From Schmidtea polychroa (taxonomy: Eukaryota), in contig CM097885.1 of NCBI GenBank assembly GCA_044892525.1, positions 34,102,001 to 34,166,000 of the forward strand: a DNA stretch of 64,000 nt, written 5' to 3'. Made by a program: the position numbers and the translations under genes. Below the pieces are notes generated by a model, which worked only from the letters and a program-made list of their open reading frames with translations, did not search any database and was not told the origin of the DNA. Numbering within the stretch: the first letter of the stretch is position 1; the number at the start of each line of letters is the position of its first letter. Positions 47,383 to 62,644 of this stretch are shown piece by piece.

Positions 47383-50300
47383 TCAGACACAATCGATCAG
47401 ATAAGAGAGGGAATGTTCCGAGTGCCAATCTAGAACATATAAATTAAAATAACCATCACTTTGAGGATAATATGGTGAAGTGAAGGTTTTTTGAATACCT
47501 AAGATTTTACAGTATTCGAGGAAAAATTGTGATTGACAATTACTTCCACAATCCGAGTGTATTCTCTCTGGGACACCGAATTTTGATATCCAGTTTCTCC
47601 ATAGTTCTTGTGCAACCTTCGGTGTTTCTGTCGTTGCCATTGGTATGAAACTTATATACTTTGAGAAATAATTGATCATTCCAAGTATATATCTGTAACC
47701 TCCGTTGTTGCTTTAAAGGGTCCTGTTATGTCGATTCCAATAATCTTAAAGGTCTTTCACACACAATGTTTTGTAAAGGTGCTTTAACTCGTCCGTTTAA
47801 GTTCTTATTATGCAAACATTCCTTACAGGTTACAATAACCTCCCGTATCTCTTTATCCATGACTGGCCAATAAAATTGATTTTTAATGGCTCCAATTGTC
47901 TTTTCAATACCCGTATGTCCTAAACAGGAATGAAACTGCCTAATGATGGAATCTCTTTCCGTTCTTGGTACCACCAATAAAAATTTATCATCCCGATATA
48001 TATATGGTAAACCACCTCGCAATCTGCAATTTGTTTTAAGAGCCATAATTCTTTTAGTTCTTTACTACATTCTTCACATTTGTGGTAATCGTGACATTAC
48101 ATCAGCGTTAACATGCTCACTACCTTTCCAATATTCGACTACCATGTCAAAAACCTCCAATTCAGCTCTCCAAACACTATATTGAGATGTTTTTGGGCTA
48201 TCCCAATTCAAAAGCCACTTCAATGCTTGGTGATCAGTCCTTACTATAAATTTGTATCCAAGTAGATAATGCTTAAATTTTAACACAAATGTATGAATTG
48301 CAAGTAGTTCTTTCCTGGTTATGCATTACTGTCTTTGACACTTACTAATAGTTTTTGATGCATAACATAGTACTCTTTCCTTGCCTTCTTGTATCTGCGA
48401 GAAGACAGCTCCAATGCTATTATGTGATGCATCAGTGTCTAAAATATATTGCCCTTTCTTGCTTGATAATGCCAACAATGGCGGAGAGGACAATAACCGC
48501 TTTAGCTCATAGAACGCTGCTTTTCTGTCCTCATTCCACTGGAAACTGCTTTCAATTTTTAGCATCGCACTCAATTTCTCTGAAGTCTCTGCATAATTCT
48601 TAATAAAACGTCTAGAGTAACTGCAAAATCTCAAGAACGACTACAACTCTTTTTTACATGCTGGAATTTCCCACGAACTGATACTTTTGATTTTCTCAGG
48701 ATCTGTTTTAACACCTTCCTTATTTATGATATGACCTAGATAGCTAATCTCTGTCTTTAAAAATACACGCTTATCAGGCGATAGTTTAAGTTCAGATTCT
48801 CTGATGTGCCCTAGCACTTTATCAAGTCGTTCATTATGTTCATCTATTGTTCTTTCAAAAATAAACACGTCATCCAGATAAACGACGCAGTTAATCCAAT
48901 TTTCCTTCCTTAGAACCATGTTCATGAGTTTTTGAAATGTAGCAGGAGCTGAACAAATTCCGAAAGGCATTCTTGTGAACTCAAATTGCCAATACTTTGT
49001 ACTAAAAGCCGTATTGAGAAAATCGAACTAGCTATCTTAGGATTAAGTGCTCGATAATCAACACACATTCTTATATCCCCATTTTTCTTTTTTACCACCA
49101 CTATAGGAAAATTCCATGGTGATGAACTTGATCTAATTATACCTGCATCTAATAAATCTTTTACCATATGATCTTCTTCTAATCCTATCGGAACCCTTCG
49201 TGGCTTAAATGCTATTGGTCTTGCATTTCCGGTATCAATGTAATGTTTCACTTCATCAGATTTTCCGATGTCCATCTTGTATTTACTGAAAATATCTTCA
49301 TTACATTTTAGTGTTTTAATCAACTCAAGCTTATCATGCTCATTAATATCTGAACACAATCCTTCTTTAATTTTGTCTAGTATTGCTTCTATTGCCTTCT
49401 TGTCATTTATTTTTTCATCCTCCGTGAGTTTATTCACTATGCCATTTGATTAATTAATAAAATCGTTCCAATTTTCTACATATCCCAAGCCGGTTCCAGC
49501 ACGAAGAGTTTTAGAACCTCTTTCTAACATGCATATCTTTACTAATATATACCCATTCTCGCCTTGTACCACATAGTCACTTATTAAAATGTCACGATCT
49601 GCCATCCTCGATCTTTCTCCATTAAATATACAAATCTCATTAAAATTATCAATTTTCTAATGACTGGTTAATATAGGTCCAATTGAAATATTTAACTTAA
49701 TCTTACCGGTACATTGCAATGTACTTCCGTTAGCGCATGTGACTTTTGTCGTTGAATTTTAAACTCTTAGTGATGGGTTATCTTTGACAATATCTTCCAC
49801 TAACTCTTGACTTATAACATTCAGATCTGCTCCTGAATCAAACATGACTTTCACATGTCGATTCCCAATCACACATTCTGTAACTGGTTTATTTCGGGCC
49901 TTCTCAGGTCTGTTAACTGAAATCAGTGTTTGTGCGTACTTCCTCAGATGTTTTTTTTGGTTTTTTACTTTCACCATTGATAAAGTTAGCATATTTCTCT
50001 TCCAATGTTGGTTTTGTAGCAAGATCTCTTATCAACTTTGCTGTTCTTTGCTCACACCAACTATCCTTTCTTCCGAATCTGCTGTATCTGTAATTTCAGT
50101 TCTTATATCCTCCTCGTATTCTTCTTGGAGATACCTAAACTTGTTCCTTTTATCGCAGAATCTCTCTTGGTGCGCTCCACCACACTCGAAACATTTCATT
50201 CCACTCTTTGCGCCGTTCATATGTGACCTTTCTTGCCGCACTGGTAACAAGTTCGTTCTTCTTTTGTTCTTAAAGAATCGGGCTATGTGACCTGGTTCGT

Positions 50301-50870
50301 TACATTTGTAACACTTACGATTCGCCATTCTTCTAAGAGTCACATAGTTTCCAGACCGTGTTCCTTGCGCCTTCAAATTTTCTATAATCTGCCTCAATCT
50401 TTGTATTTCTTTCTTTAATGTGACTATTGTTCCTTGATCCGAGGAACTGAACTTCCTGAGCTGATGTCATTCTCCCATTGTCATACCTTTGTCTTCCGCC
50501 TTTATTTCTTCGACAGCTTCTTCTAATGTTTTCGGCTGTCTAATTCAACAGTGAAAGCAAATATTACCGTAACCCTTCGATAAAAGCTTGAGTCATCAAT
50601 CTTTCCTTGTCTCCTTCGTACGCCATAAATCGTAATCGTATTCTTTTGGCAAAATCAACGGCACTTTCGTTTCTTTCTTGTATTGTATTATTTAATATGT
50701 CGACTATAACCGACGTTTTTGACTTATTTTCACTCAGTAATTTCGTAATCTTATCGGTGTATTGACTTTCTGCATCTTTCGTGGCCATGCAATCTACTTC
50801 CTTTATGACATCTTTTTCAAAGTATTTTAGGAAAACCTCCTTTTCTTCGTCAGCGAGTATTATTTACATT
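47383..50870 (-). mobile_element. Degenerate Ty3/Gypsy internal region (gag CCHC, PR, RT, RH, partial IN); no LTRs seen
   Basis: CYKCNEPGH, FDSGA, YLDD, DTDAS and IHSDCG fragments spread across frameshifts. Confidence 0.9.
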
Positions 50871-51751
50871 GAGCGAAATGTGCAAATATAGTGACAAATT
50901 GTAGTTTGATTGAAATTGAATAAAGTTATTCTGTATTGGGTTTCTATTTAGGAGTCAGAGGGAATCGACTTGAAAAATAAAACCCATCATAATTGTGAGT
51001 TACAAAATCGCGGTTACCTGATCTAAGCATCTAAAATTTTCCCATGATATTAATTAGAAATTTAATTAATATTATTTTTATTTATTTCAAGGATTCTTCC
51101 AATTGAAAAAAGTTCTTATAATTATGATAACGTATTTAAAAAAGCAATTTTTGTAAATTTGAAAACTATTATGATTGCATCAAATAATTTAGAGGTAAAA
51201 AATGAGTAGTTCTTGTTTTATAAGGATATATAATCAGAGCCAAGATAAGTTCCCAAATTCCGTCAGAATAGGGTTTGATATATTTTCATAATAGTTAATG
51301 TAACAATGAAAATGCGCATAAATATAGCTTAGCGATCCCCCAGATAGAAATCCATAATATTGTGTTTAAAAAGTATGTAATATCAAAGCAGGTAAATTTC
51401 AAAAAATGAACCGTTACGATGTTGAATATATAAAAATTTGAAATAAAAGCTAAATACAAAAGTCAAATGGAAAATTAGAATTTATTGTTAGAAAAATGTA
51501 CATAAATAATATTCATAATATTCTCCAATCAAGCAGCAATTCAATAGCTCCAATAATCAATACAATAGAATCAAATAAAATGCATGCCAAAGATATTGAT
51601 AATAATTAATATTAAAATTTTTATTTCAACTATAAAATGCTATAGTTAAAATTTAAATCTTTCAATAAATATTAATCAGCACAAATCTTTATGATAAATT
51701 TGTAAAATGAAATCCATAGAAAAATCATACAAAAAAGGAAAAAATTGGGTT

Positions 51752-54700
51752 TCAGCTACTCATTATAATTTCTCTATCATTATTCACATTATTAACAATA
51801 TCAGATTTGGTCTTTTCCATATTTTTATCAAGGATAGATTTGTTATGTCGCGTCCATTTAATCATAGTTTCTGTAGACCGATACAAGAATATCAATTTCG
51901 CTATTAACTGTTCTTCCAATCGAAACATTTTATTTTCTCTGACCAGATAAATTTCGTTGAGAAGATTGAGAATCCTATCAACATGTGGCAATTCCTCACA
52001 TCGGATAATATATGATATATCTGAGTAAAATGCTCTGAGAACCCGATGGGCAACGAAAATATATGCAGCATACATTCCAATAATTCTGAAAAAATTACAA
52101 GAAATTAGAAATAGGAAAAGAAATCGATAAGAAATGTAATTATAAACACACTTTAAGGGAGAAGAAGAGTTCGACATGTTGATGTGAAAGAACACAGTGC
52201 CGTTATAAAAAGATCAGTATAAAACAGTGCTATTGGAATTCGGAGAATTTTAATTTTCCATAAGTTATATCAGAATTATGGAAAATGCTAGAAATACTTG
52301 TTTCATTACTCTTTTTATTGAATCATAATTTAATTTTTATCTTTTAAGGAAATTTAGTAAATTAAAATATTTTTAAAATTTCATTTATTCATATTTTAAC
52401 ATATTAATTTTTCTCAAGGAAAACAATCAATCTCGAAATCAAATCTTCCTCCAGAAAGAAAGAAGATGTTAAAGCCGAATAAATCTTATCATATAAATCC
52501 TTTCGCTTTTTATAGTGATTTTTATAGATCACTCTTTCTGCACAGCTTTGCATGTTCACGAGGACGTAATAATACATTTTAAATAATCAGCCTACTACAC
52601 AAATAGAAAGGAACTTATTTCTTTCATACAACCAGAAGATTAAATGACTAAATTATTGACTAATTCAACATAATTGATAAACGAACTATAATATGCATAA
52701 CACAAAGTAAGAAACATAAATAAGATTATCTAGATAGCGAGAACAAAGATTTACTAAGAAAAGCTGTATTACTGTGATTTAATGCAACTCAAATTCAATA
52801 TAAGGTATTCATAAAGCCAGCTTGCAATTAAAATATTATTTAGCTATGGAAACATTCTTATAGAACATTGAACTCAGCTTGGAGAAATTTGTTGCCACAA
52901 GCAGTGACTTGGTAGTGTATTAGTTCAAGGATACAAGGAAGAGTTTCAAAAATTTGAGAAGGAGAAGCATAATACTAATATAGATGTACTCTTTTCAGGC
53001 TCGGAGGAGGAGTAGATACAGGAAGCCATACTTTATTAATCAAAAAAATCTTTGCTAAATGAATGAATATCAAAAAATTTACAAAGAAGTAACAACCAAA
53101 CATAGCCCAAACATTCGTAATAGCACTGTATGAAATGACCAGACAATGTCACAATCCCGAAACAACCGGAGATGAAGGCAGAAGCAAAGTTCTTTGGATA
53201 AATATTAAGAAAAATTCAAACTTTGTGAACCTCAATCAGGTCTATGCATGGTAAAGAAACAGAAAAAACACCAAAATTTCAGATATTACCGAAGATTTAT
53301 TGGAAGGCGATTTTTTATTATTTTATACAATATGCCAATAAGAAAAGGATTTGTTTTATGGGAATGGATTAATCATTCTCCCTTTACTTCATATGGGAAA
53401 ACTTGTTTGGTATACATCCAGTATAACATGACATAGCTAACTTCATTCATCACAAAATACTATTCAATGATGTCATCCGCAGAGCATTATCAAAATGAAA
53501 TTGACTGAATTTCCTTTAATTATACGATCAAATAAATTCGTGCGCGGAACAATAGCAAAATGAAACTCGTGAATGCCATATCTTGTTATATTTGTATCAT
53601 ATTATATTTGAAATTTCAATAAATATTCCTTACGAACAGTTGCCGTTTTTTCAAAACTTAAAATATATTTTACGTTATTTTCGATTTGGTAAAATTTTTT
53701 TTTATTAATATATAATTAAAATATAACCAGTATGATCCCTTCAACAGAAATGGATAAAAAAGAAAAGTCGATGCTCAAAGAAAAATGAACTGCACAAAAT
53801 TTTTTATCAGATGTGGTGACAAAGCTGTTTGTTTAATTTGTAATTACATTGTGGCTGTTTTAAAATAATTTAAATATACATTTTTCAACAAAGAGTACTG
53901 ATAAATAACTAAAACAACTAATTTTTCGCATTAAAAATAAATTTATAAAATACAATAGCCCTGAATTGCATGATTTTTTTTATTTCTTTTAAATAAAATA
54001 GAATAAAGTTCCTTTGACTGAATATAAACTAATATGAACTGGACACTTTATGAACTAAATCCGTTAAACAGCTTTATAGCTTACAAGCAAAACTATGAAA
54101 TGGTTAGTTCTTATTTATTTTAGGCGATCTAAACGTGAAATTCTGGTATGTTGAAAATTTGCTACACAATGTAATTAAGGGACAACATAGGGAAAAATGA
54201 ATACAATAAGTACTGCAACAGAAAAAATATTATAAAAATGATTTTTACTTTATATTTTTGATTTATTTATAAAATTTATTTGATTAAATTTGAATTATTT
54301 GCATTTTGAAAAAAAATCAATAATTTAATATTGCACTACAAAAATGTTTTTATCAATTATTAAATATGGATTATTAAAACCTATAAAAGAACAAAAAGTA
54401 AATTTTAGAAAATATATTAATTATTTTAATTACTGTTCTCATGATGGAATTAGAAATAATTTTTCTCGTAATAAAAATTCAAGTTACTGATGCATGAGAA
54501 CTTACCCATAATTGCTGAATAGATGTCCAAATAAATTGTCAGAAACTCTTTCACTGAAAATAAATACGGTCAAATTAGAATAATTCTGTCTAGGAGCTTT
54601 TTCATTAGAACAATATGTTTCTCCTGCTACAATTTCTTGAATTTCCCACCATCTGTCTTCATTTTCTTTTTTCATTGACAAAGTGAGATTGAGATAAGTC

Positions 54701-57700
54701 TGATTGTGATCTTTAAGAAGCGCAGTAGCTTCTGAAAGAGTTCTTTTGTAAGCTGTTAAAAAACGAGGAAATATTCCATCAATTTGAACGACATATGAAC
54801 TTTGATTAGACTCGATTGCTCTAAGTAAATTTTTCTTGTCATTTTCATCAAGCTGTTTAGTATTAGTATGTCGAACCATCTTTTCTGTAGTTTTCGAATC
54901 GGATGAGCGCCTGGAAGAAAAAAGACAGTACAATAAACGGTCAATAAAGAATAAGTATAATGATGATAAAGAAATAACATAATATTCAAGAGGTCTTAAT
55001 TACAGTGAAATCTAGTCACGTTAAAAACCTCACTATAATGAACACGCTATGGCTAGAATATAAGCCTGACACTCAATAAGTTTCAGTGAAAAAAACAATT
55101 ACCGATTTGTTAATGTTTTTTACATTAATGCTGGTTCATCTGCAACTCAATGAAAAATATGGAATGAATAAATAAATGTATAGTTACTGTGAGAGCAATT
55201 CTGAAGAATTACAATTTTAAATGTTGAAATATATAAAACGTTATTTAAATTTAAAACTATAATAGTTAAATTGAATTTATCGTAAAAAAATCTTTGATGT
55301 TTCCTTACGAAAAAAATAAATAAGTTCGGAATTTAACAAAGCATATTAGAATTCAGAATCTAAACAGGTGGCAGTGTATTAAAAAACAATCTAGAAATAA
55401 GTAGTGGTAATGGAAAGTACACACCAATAAGGACTCAAAATTAAATAATAGAAATTTGCGAGAATGTTCAAAGAAACGAGTTAGTTCTGCGCCGCCAATT
55501 CATCTGTTGAGTTCGCTATTATCGGAAATGAGACTATAGATACTTTAGGAAAATTATTAAATTGAATAATTCATTGGATTTACCACAATTTAAGATAAAA
55601 GTAGAGAGGATAAACAAATTGATATAATTAATAAATGTATAAAAATTAAAAATGAAAAATTTATTAAAACCAGGATATGTTCAATTTTCTGCCATAGCAT
55701 GCAAATAGTGACGGTAAATTAAAAGAATATATCCGAAACCAATATTTATGCACTTCTAATCATGTCAAAATTTTAAAATGCATGACTTAAATTATTATCC
55801 CAATAATCGAAATAGTACCGAGAAAATTAAAAACATAATTCGTTATTTTTGAAATAGTCTTCTCAGAAATTTAACTGTTCCAAATATACCTATGTTGTCC
55901 TAGAATTTGATGGACACCAAACACAAAAGTATTCGATTGTTTGGCAAAGGTTTAGTAAAGTTCGTAAATGAATTAAAAATTCTCATAAAAATGAGAAAAG
56001 TAGTACTCATGTAAGAGAAAAAATCTTATTTTACTTCGTTCTGCGTCTATGCTTTCAAAATTTATTATGAGTAACAATAACAGTAAATACTCAACAATTT
56101 TAGAACCCGTTTCAATTAAATAATGATATCTAAAAAATATGAAAAATTTTACAGCAACATAAAGAAAAGGCACAATAATCATTAAAAAAATTTGTTGTAA
56201 GAGGTAATTATTGATTATTTAATTTTATAAAATTTCGAAACATAGACATGAAAACGCTCCAATTCAACCTTCCAACATCTTCATGACCCCAACAGACGAG
56301 TGTGACTTCCAGCTTGTGGCGCAAGCTCCATACAGCTTAGATCTTGCTCGCAGTAATTTTGTGCTATTCATCATTTCAAACAGATTTGAAAATCCATCAT
56401 TTTCAATCTACAGAAGAACTAAAGGAGAAAGTGGAGAATATCTTGACTTCTCTTGCTCGTAATTTCTTCGAAAATGCATTTGTCACTGGAAGATGTGCGT
56501 GAAGGAAGATGGCTTACATATTGAGAAATGACCCACTGTTGGAGTATTTAACTGTATTAAAAATTTGAACTTCATTTGACTTTCTATTCTTGTCAAGTCC
56601 AGGGACTACCCTAACACCACGTATTTTTGTTGTTTTTCAATAATATTTATTCTTTTCTGATCATTTGATTACAGTCAAATCTTGTTACCATGCCACTCTC
56701 ACTGTTATACTGCGTTTACTAGGTCCCAACAAAATTAAATATAAAATAAATTTATTATGTCACTCTGTACTCTGGCTACTATGCCTATATCGTGTAAATG
56801 TCAAAAGAAACGAGTTTTTAAAAACCTATGTTCTTGCACAATGCTCGATTATCACTCACGTCCTAAAGGTTAAGCGATAAATTAAGTCTAACTTCACAGA
56901 ACAACACTTAATACATACACGCATAGTATAACTGTGTCAAGGTCAAACACGTGAGGCTTCTCGCAGATAACAACTAAAACAAGCCAATCACAAGATGTAC
57001 AGCGACAAGTCTACAACCGAAGCTAATAAGAGAATATAAAAGTTCGAACATACCTAAACACTCACATAAAGATTGCGGAGGAGATGCTATCCGGTGAAGA
57101 GCCGATGGAAAGCAAGGATGGCGATATAACTGCTGAGGAGAAAGTAGTTTCATTCGAGGAAGCTCAGCGCGCTTGGGGCACCGTACGGCAGTTCATGCAC
57201 CAGAAAAGTGGGAAGCTAAGTGTGATCAGCTAGATAACGAGATGCACTTGATCCGCCAACAGACAATTTTTGAGAGCTTTGGTAGGATGAGTAACTTGAG
57301 AAAATAAATCTATTTTAACAAACCCTCGTTACTATGCCACTCAATCCTGATAGGTGGCATAGTAACGAGATTTGACTGTATTTTTAAATGAAGTTTATTT
57401 CGACTTCATTGTTTAAACTTGTAATACAAACAAATGTAAATAAAACTAAATAATATTTAAAAAATCTTTAAATATAAAATCAATACAATCATTTCAAATT
57501 ACCAAATAGAGTAAATCCCTCCCACTGTATCTCACAATAAGATTCCGATTTTAAGTTTATTATTCGTATAGCAACAAAGCAAGCTTTCAATGTGAATTCA
57601 AAATTTAACGCCATTTATAAAATCATTTTAAGTTTAAATTAATGAATAATTTAGGAAAGAAAAATTTGAATGAAAAATATAACAATTATGATTTTAATTA

Positions 57701-60700
57701 AAAAACAATTTTTTTAAATTTTGGTGAAATATGTTTAAAAAATTACCTTTCGCAAATGGCTTGCATGTTAATTTTTAAAGATTCCATGCTTCGTAATTTT
57801 GTTTTCAACTTTTTAAGACTCGGCGGTGTTATTGTCCATACATCGTCGGAAGAGCCATCAATTGATATCTGTGTTACATCGCCTGCTTCAAAACTCATGA
57901 GATAGTCTGTTGGAGGCTGGAATATTTTTAAATGTCTATTATTTAATTTACTAAAAGAAAATACTAAAAGATAAAACATGCAGAAATAATATATTCCAAT
58001 TACGATGAATAAATAGATTCGAAAGTTTTGTTTAAATTAAATGAGTTCTAAAGAACTTTTGGTAATTTTTCATATTTTCGTTAAAAATAACCATTTCATG
58101 AAGTTTAGAATATTCAATTATAAGGTTCGATTGACTTATATAGGGAGAAAAAACTTTTAACAAAGTCGAAGACAAACCACTATTTAATAAATATTTCTCT
58201 AACATTTTGAAATAATAATAACACTACTTGAATTCATAAAACTCTTTCTCAGATTTGGTGTTATAAATGTAAAATCTAAGGCAAATCGAAAGTGGAATTT
58301 CATAAACCATAGTTGTATTAGATTTTATAACAGGTACTTTATTTGTTGTCTTACAGAAAAGTACAAAGTAAATTCTTTGATTGTTTTGTATAGAAGTCCA
58401 TGCAAAAATACTCTCCTGACTTCCCCCTTCCAATGCCTAGATATGACCAATTATTCAATCAAACATCCTTTTGACTGATAACATACTCATATAAATTATA
58501 TAAATACTATCAAGAAGACTGTTGGAATTAATATATTATTCAATAATAATAATAATAATTACCCTGAAGATTTTATTTTCCACAAAGTTAATCCTTCAAT
58601 TTCAGGTCTACAAATAATTAAAAAAAGGACTATGCATTCCTTATATTAAACAAATTTAAAATCATATCTTAAAACTAAATAATATTAAAAAATAAAATCA
58701 ATACAATAATTTCAAAATAAATTTGTTTTCAATTTTATTATTATGCAGTAATTTTGAAATATTTATATTCCAATTTAAAAACAGTGTTAATTAAAGGATA
58801 AGTGTAATTTAAATTCATTACACTCAACGTGGCAATAACTAATGAAGACCATTTTAATTAATTTTAATTACCGAAAAGTTTCTATAGCATTCTTTCATTT
58901 GATCAAATGTATCTTTATGCAATGATTTCAAATTGTTTTCACGGGAAATAAAATAGAATAGTGGCTAAAGTATATTGTTAAATAAGTTGAAATATTTAAT
59001 AAAATCTAACACTGTATCCACCAACGCTTATCGAGAATGTGCATTCTATGGGAGGGTTTTTGACAAATGTTGTTCCAATAAAGCTGCTTAGTGTGAGTGG
59101 ACCCCAAAAACAAATAAAAAAAAATGCCAGAAGCAAGCCGCCAACACTGTACTTTGAGGCTAATCGTCGAGTGTTTCCTCTCACAGTTGGATATTCTAAT
59201 TCAGATCGTCTCCAGCATTTAAGAACAAATATCTTGCAAAACACATCTTCAACTTCCATCCAATGGAATAGGGCAACCGATGTGTCAGTCCACATCCAAT
59301 CCATGACATTTCTCAGTTCATATAAAAAAGGAACGATCATGTATCTAAAATTAATTAAAAAATTTCTTTAATCTCAATAAAAGCATTTAATTCAATGAAT
59401 TAGTTTTCTCGTATGTATTAATTCCAAATTCCTTCATTTCGCTGGAAAACACTAGAAGAGGTTGATATTTATAAGATTACAACATGTCAAAAGGCAGCTG
59501 TAATCCTGCCAATAATAAAATAACATTAATGTAGTTTTACACTATAGATCAATGTTTTCATTTCAAACAAAAATACTGGCAATGCATCTTTTCAAGTGTT
59601 TTAATAAACAAATATAAGTAACCTTGACTTTTAGCCTAAAGCTAAATGACGATCAAAGGTGAAGAAGAGAGATAAATAAAGAAAAATAAAATAATAATAA
59701 TAAATATAATCAAACATTCTTTTCACGATTAATTTCGACAGTTTTCCTGTCATCATCAGGTGGGATATAATAACTCATTAAATTAAGGATTTTAAACAAA
59801 TTTATTAATTATATATAAAAAAAAATTTTTTTCATTTTATAAAAAAATATATTATTTTTTTTTAAAATTTTAACATTTAAAATTTTATAATAAGTCAAAA
59901 ACTCCAGTTGAATTGTGTTCCGATCTCGTTTATCAGTTAACATGTAATGGGTGTCATGCCACATACATTGGAGAGACTTCCCGTCATCTCAGTATTCGAG
60001 CTCGAGAACATTGTAGACCGAAGGCTTTGACCCATATTGGTGAGCCCAATAAGGGCTGTAAGATTAAAATAGGTATGTCTGATTTTAAAATTTTATTAAA
60101 AAATTTCGATAATTATTGGGAACGTGTGATTTGTGAGGCGTTTTTGATAAAATCATTGAATCCGAAAATTAAAGTGCAGAATGCAGTAAACACTTGTGTG
60201 TTGAGTGTTTTTAAATAAGCTTTTGTGTATTGTATGTATTGATTGTTAGGTTAAATTAAATAATTAATAAAAAAATTTTTTAAATTATTAAATTAAATGT
60301 TAAAATTTAAAAAAAAAAATATATTTTTTTTATAAAATAAAAAATTTTTTTTATATATAATTAATAAATTTGTTTAAAATCCTTAATTTAATGAGTTATT
60401 ATATCCCACCTGATGATGACAGGAAAACTGTCGAAATTAATCGTGAAAAGAATGTTTGATTGGCGTTATCTTATAATTAAATCATTGCCATGTATGTTTA
60501 ATCATTTATTCAATAATAAATATGATATTATTATAAGAACTTTTATTTCTTCCAATTTCACCACTGATTATTTTATCCGTTGAATTAAAAAGAGAGTTTT
60601 TAATTATATATAGTGAAGTTTAATATAGTGAAGTTTGCATGTGCCAAGATTATTTTGAGAGGTACCGTAGAGACTATGAAAATAGTCTCCAAGGTACCTC

Positions 60701-62644
60701 TCAATATAATCTTGGCACATGCAAACTCCACTAACACTAATATACAATTCACCCTTGAACTACCTGACCCAGAAGGCAAGATTGCTTTCTTAGATACCAA
60801 GGTCCAAACACGCTCACGTTCAAGACAGATTTATCCACTAAAAGTCTACACAGTGGGCACATTCTTCCTTGGGAAAGTCACGTTCCACTCCAACGAAAAA
60901 TCGCTCTATTAGTAGGAGAGACAAAGAGCAACACGGAACTGTTCAGATAAAACGAAAACACAAGAAACCCTAGAAAACATTAAAACACGGTTTTTACAAA
61001 ATGGATACCAAAAGGAGTTTGTAGAAAAATACTTCCTGAGTGAATATAACTCTAATAGGCATAATACACAAAAGGAAAATGTCAATAAGCGAGTAATATA
61101 CCTACGCTTCCCTTTTTTAAACAATAGGACATGTAACACAATCAGAGCCTACATTCGCAATATGGAGTTGCCAGTTCATATTCGCCCAATTTTTATAACT
61201 GCTGCACCTTTGAAATCACAGCTTCGTAAGTCTCAAAAATCTCTAACACCAGACCTATTTCATCGAGATTGCATATGCCAATCCTCCACCAAATGTTTCT
61301 GCTTCTCAAAGAACATCGTTTACCAAATTACTTGCACAAGATGTAGTGCATCGTACATAGGCGAAACACTTAGAACGTTCCAAACAAGACTCAACGAACA
61401 CGTCAAGAGCAAAACCAGCAATTATCACAAACACTGGAAAAAAGTGCACAAAAACCACTGATATACATACTCACATACAAATACAATCACATACAAGAAC
61501 CTCAACTGTCCCGATAAATTCTGAAAAGAGACTGCTGAGGTCTATAAATTTCCTTAATATAAATAACATTATATAATACAAATTAACATATTAATATACT
61601 TGAACAGGATTTATCCGTTAATAATAATAAACAATGGTTTCTTAGTAGCAGCATCAATAAAATGTTAAATAATCAATGAATAATTTTATTAATGATACAA
61701 TGTCTAGATTCGATAATGCAAAATAGTCCTTTTAAGAAAATTACTGGAATATTCAATAAATGATCATTTCACACATTTACCAAAAGCCCTATTTGTTAAC
61801 CAATGGTGCCAATAAGAAATATTTAAAAAAATAATAATAAATAAAAAAAATGAAAATGTGCCATGACATTTTCGTAATTTGTATTAGGGTGCCTTAATTA
61901 AAATAAGTTAAGATTATTAGGTTGAATAAAAAAACTTAGTTTTCAATAATAATACAAAATGTAAATGTAGCTTACCCTTTGAATAGAAATAAATTAATAT
62001 AATTAAAATCTCGAGTCAAAAAATTTCCAAGAATCCTTAATGGATAACCAGATTTCATTTGGTATGCTGAAAGAGCAAAATAAATACATTTTACAAAATA
62101 CAAAAGTTGGGGAGCTATTTGAGAGTTAAATTTTCTAAATATGAAATAAAATATTTATCGTTTAAAATTATTCATCAAACTTCTTTGTAATGTGAGGTAA
62201 TGCAAAAAATAACCATGCGTGGATCAAAAGAACATGAAATATTTGAAATATGAACTTTCCTTTAACTTGTTTCCTTAGAAAAAGCGCTCTGTCAATAATA
62301 ATGAATACAAACTGAGTAATAATCATTGTTATAAAAGGCACAGGAATCTAAATTTTCAAACTAAACAAAAATATTCTAAATTCATTTACTTTATTTGTTT
62401 TAATGAAATCAAACGCATTATCAGCAGAATCAGTCTAAAAGAACGTGATAGTTGGAGGTGATTTATAAAAAATAATCACTAACCCCAGGACCAAATGAAA
62501 CATAACCAAAGATAATTATCAGAAACGCAATAAATTCACAAAGAAACATAAAAACATAAACATCCACTTTTTTATTGAATTTTGGATTTGTCATTTTTGA
62601 ATAAAATCTTCTCATTTTATATATTGGATTACAGGACCATTTGC
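51752..62644 (-). CDS. piezo: Piezo mechanosensitive channel, 3' exons (51752-52085, 54506-54910, 57747-~57920, 59011-59344, 61976-62134, 62181-62347, 62390-62434, 62484-~62644)
   Basis: PFLYELRNVMDWMWTDT, IIDRALFLRK, SAYQMKSGYP, EELPHVDRILNL..LIFLYRSTETMIKWTR. GT-AG phases fit; a small exon near 58 kb may be unlocated; the gene continues upstream. Confidence 0.93.
56250..56623 (+). pseudogene. Mariner transposase 3' remnant
   Basis: APYSLDLARSNF resembles the YSPDLAPxD motif. Confidence 0.55.
56672..57378. mobile_element. pogo/Tigger-like non-autonomous DNA transposon
   Basis: TIR CAGTCAAATCTTGTTACCATGCCAC / GTGGCATAGTAACGAGATTTGACTG flanked by TA. Confidence 0.85.
59724..59762 (-). ncRNA. 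Minimal type I hammerhead ribozyme, inverted copy
   Basis: Reverse complement of 60407-60445. Confidence 0.65.
60407..60445 (+). ncRNA. Minimal type I hammerhead ribozyme
   Basis: cac-CTGATGA-T-GACAG-GAAAA-CTGTC-GAAA-TTAA-TC-gtg. Confidence 0.7.
60626..61540 (+). mobile_element. Second Penelope-like fragment (RT C terminus plus GIY-YIG), decayed
   Basis: NIQFTLE..IAFLD; IVYQITC..C..YIGET.R..R..EH. Confidence 0.85.

Larger units (their letters stand above)
59708..60461 (+). mobile_element. 5'-truncated Penelope-like element with inverted pseudo-LTR; GIY-YIG ORF 59913-60218
   Basis: VYQLTC..C.ATYIGETSR..R.REH. The region 59708-~59880 is an inverted copy of ~60291-60461. Confidence 0.88.

Noticed and set aside
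43645..52085. Functional link between the convergent otopetrin and Piezo genes
   Set aside because: Adjacency alone is not evidence of co-regulation.
53740..53900. Possible SPIN/hAT transposase N-terminal remnant (KAVCLIC..VAVLK)
   Set aside because: Too short and degenerate to delimit.
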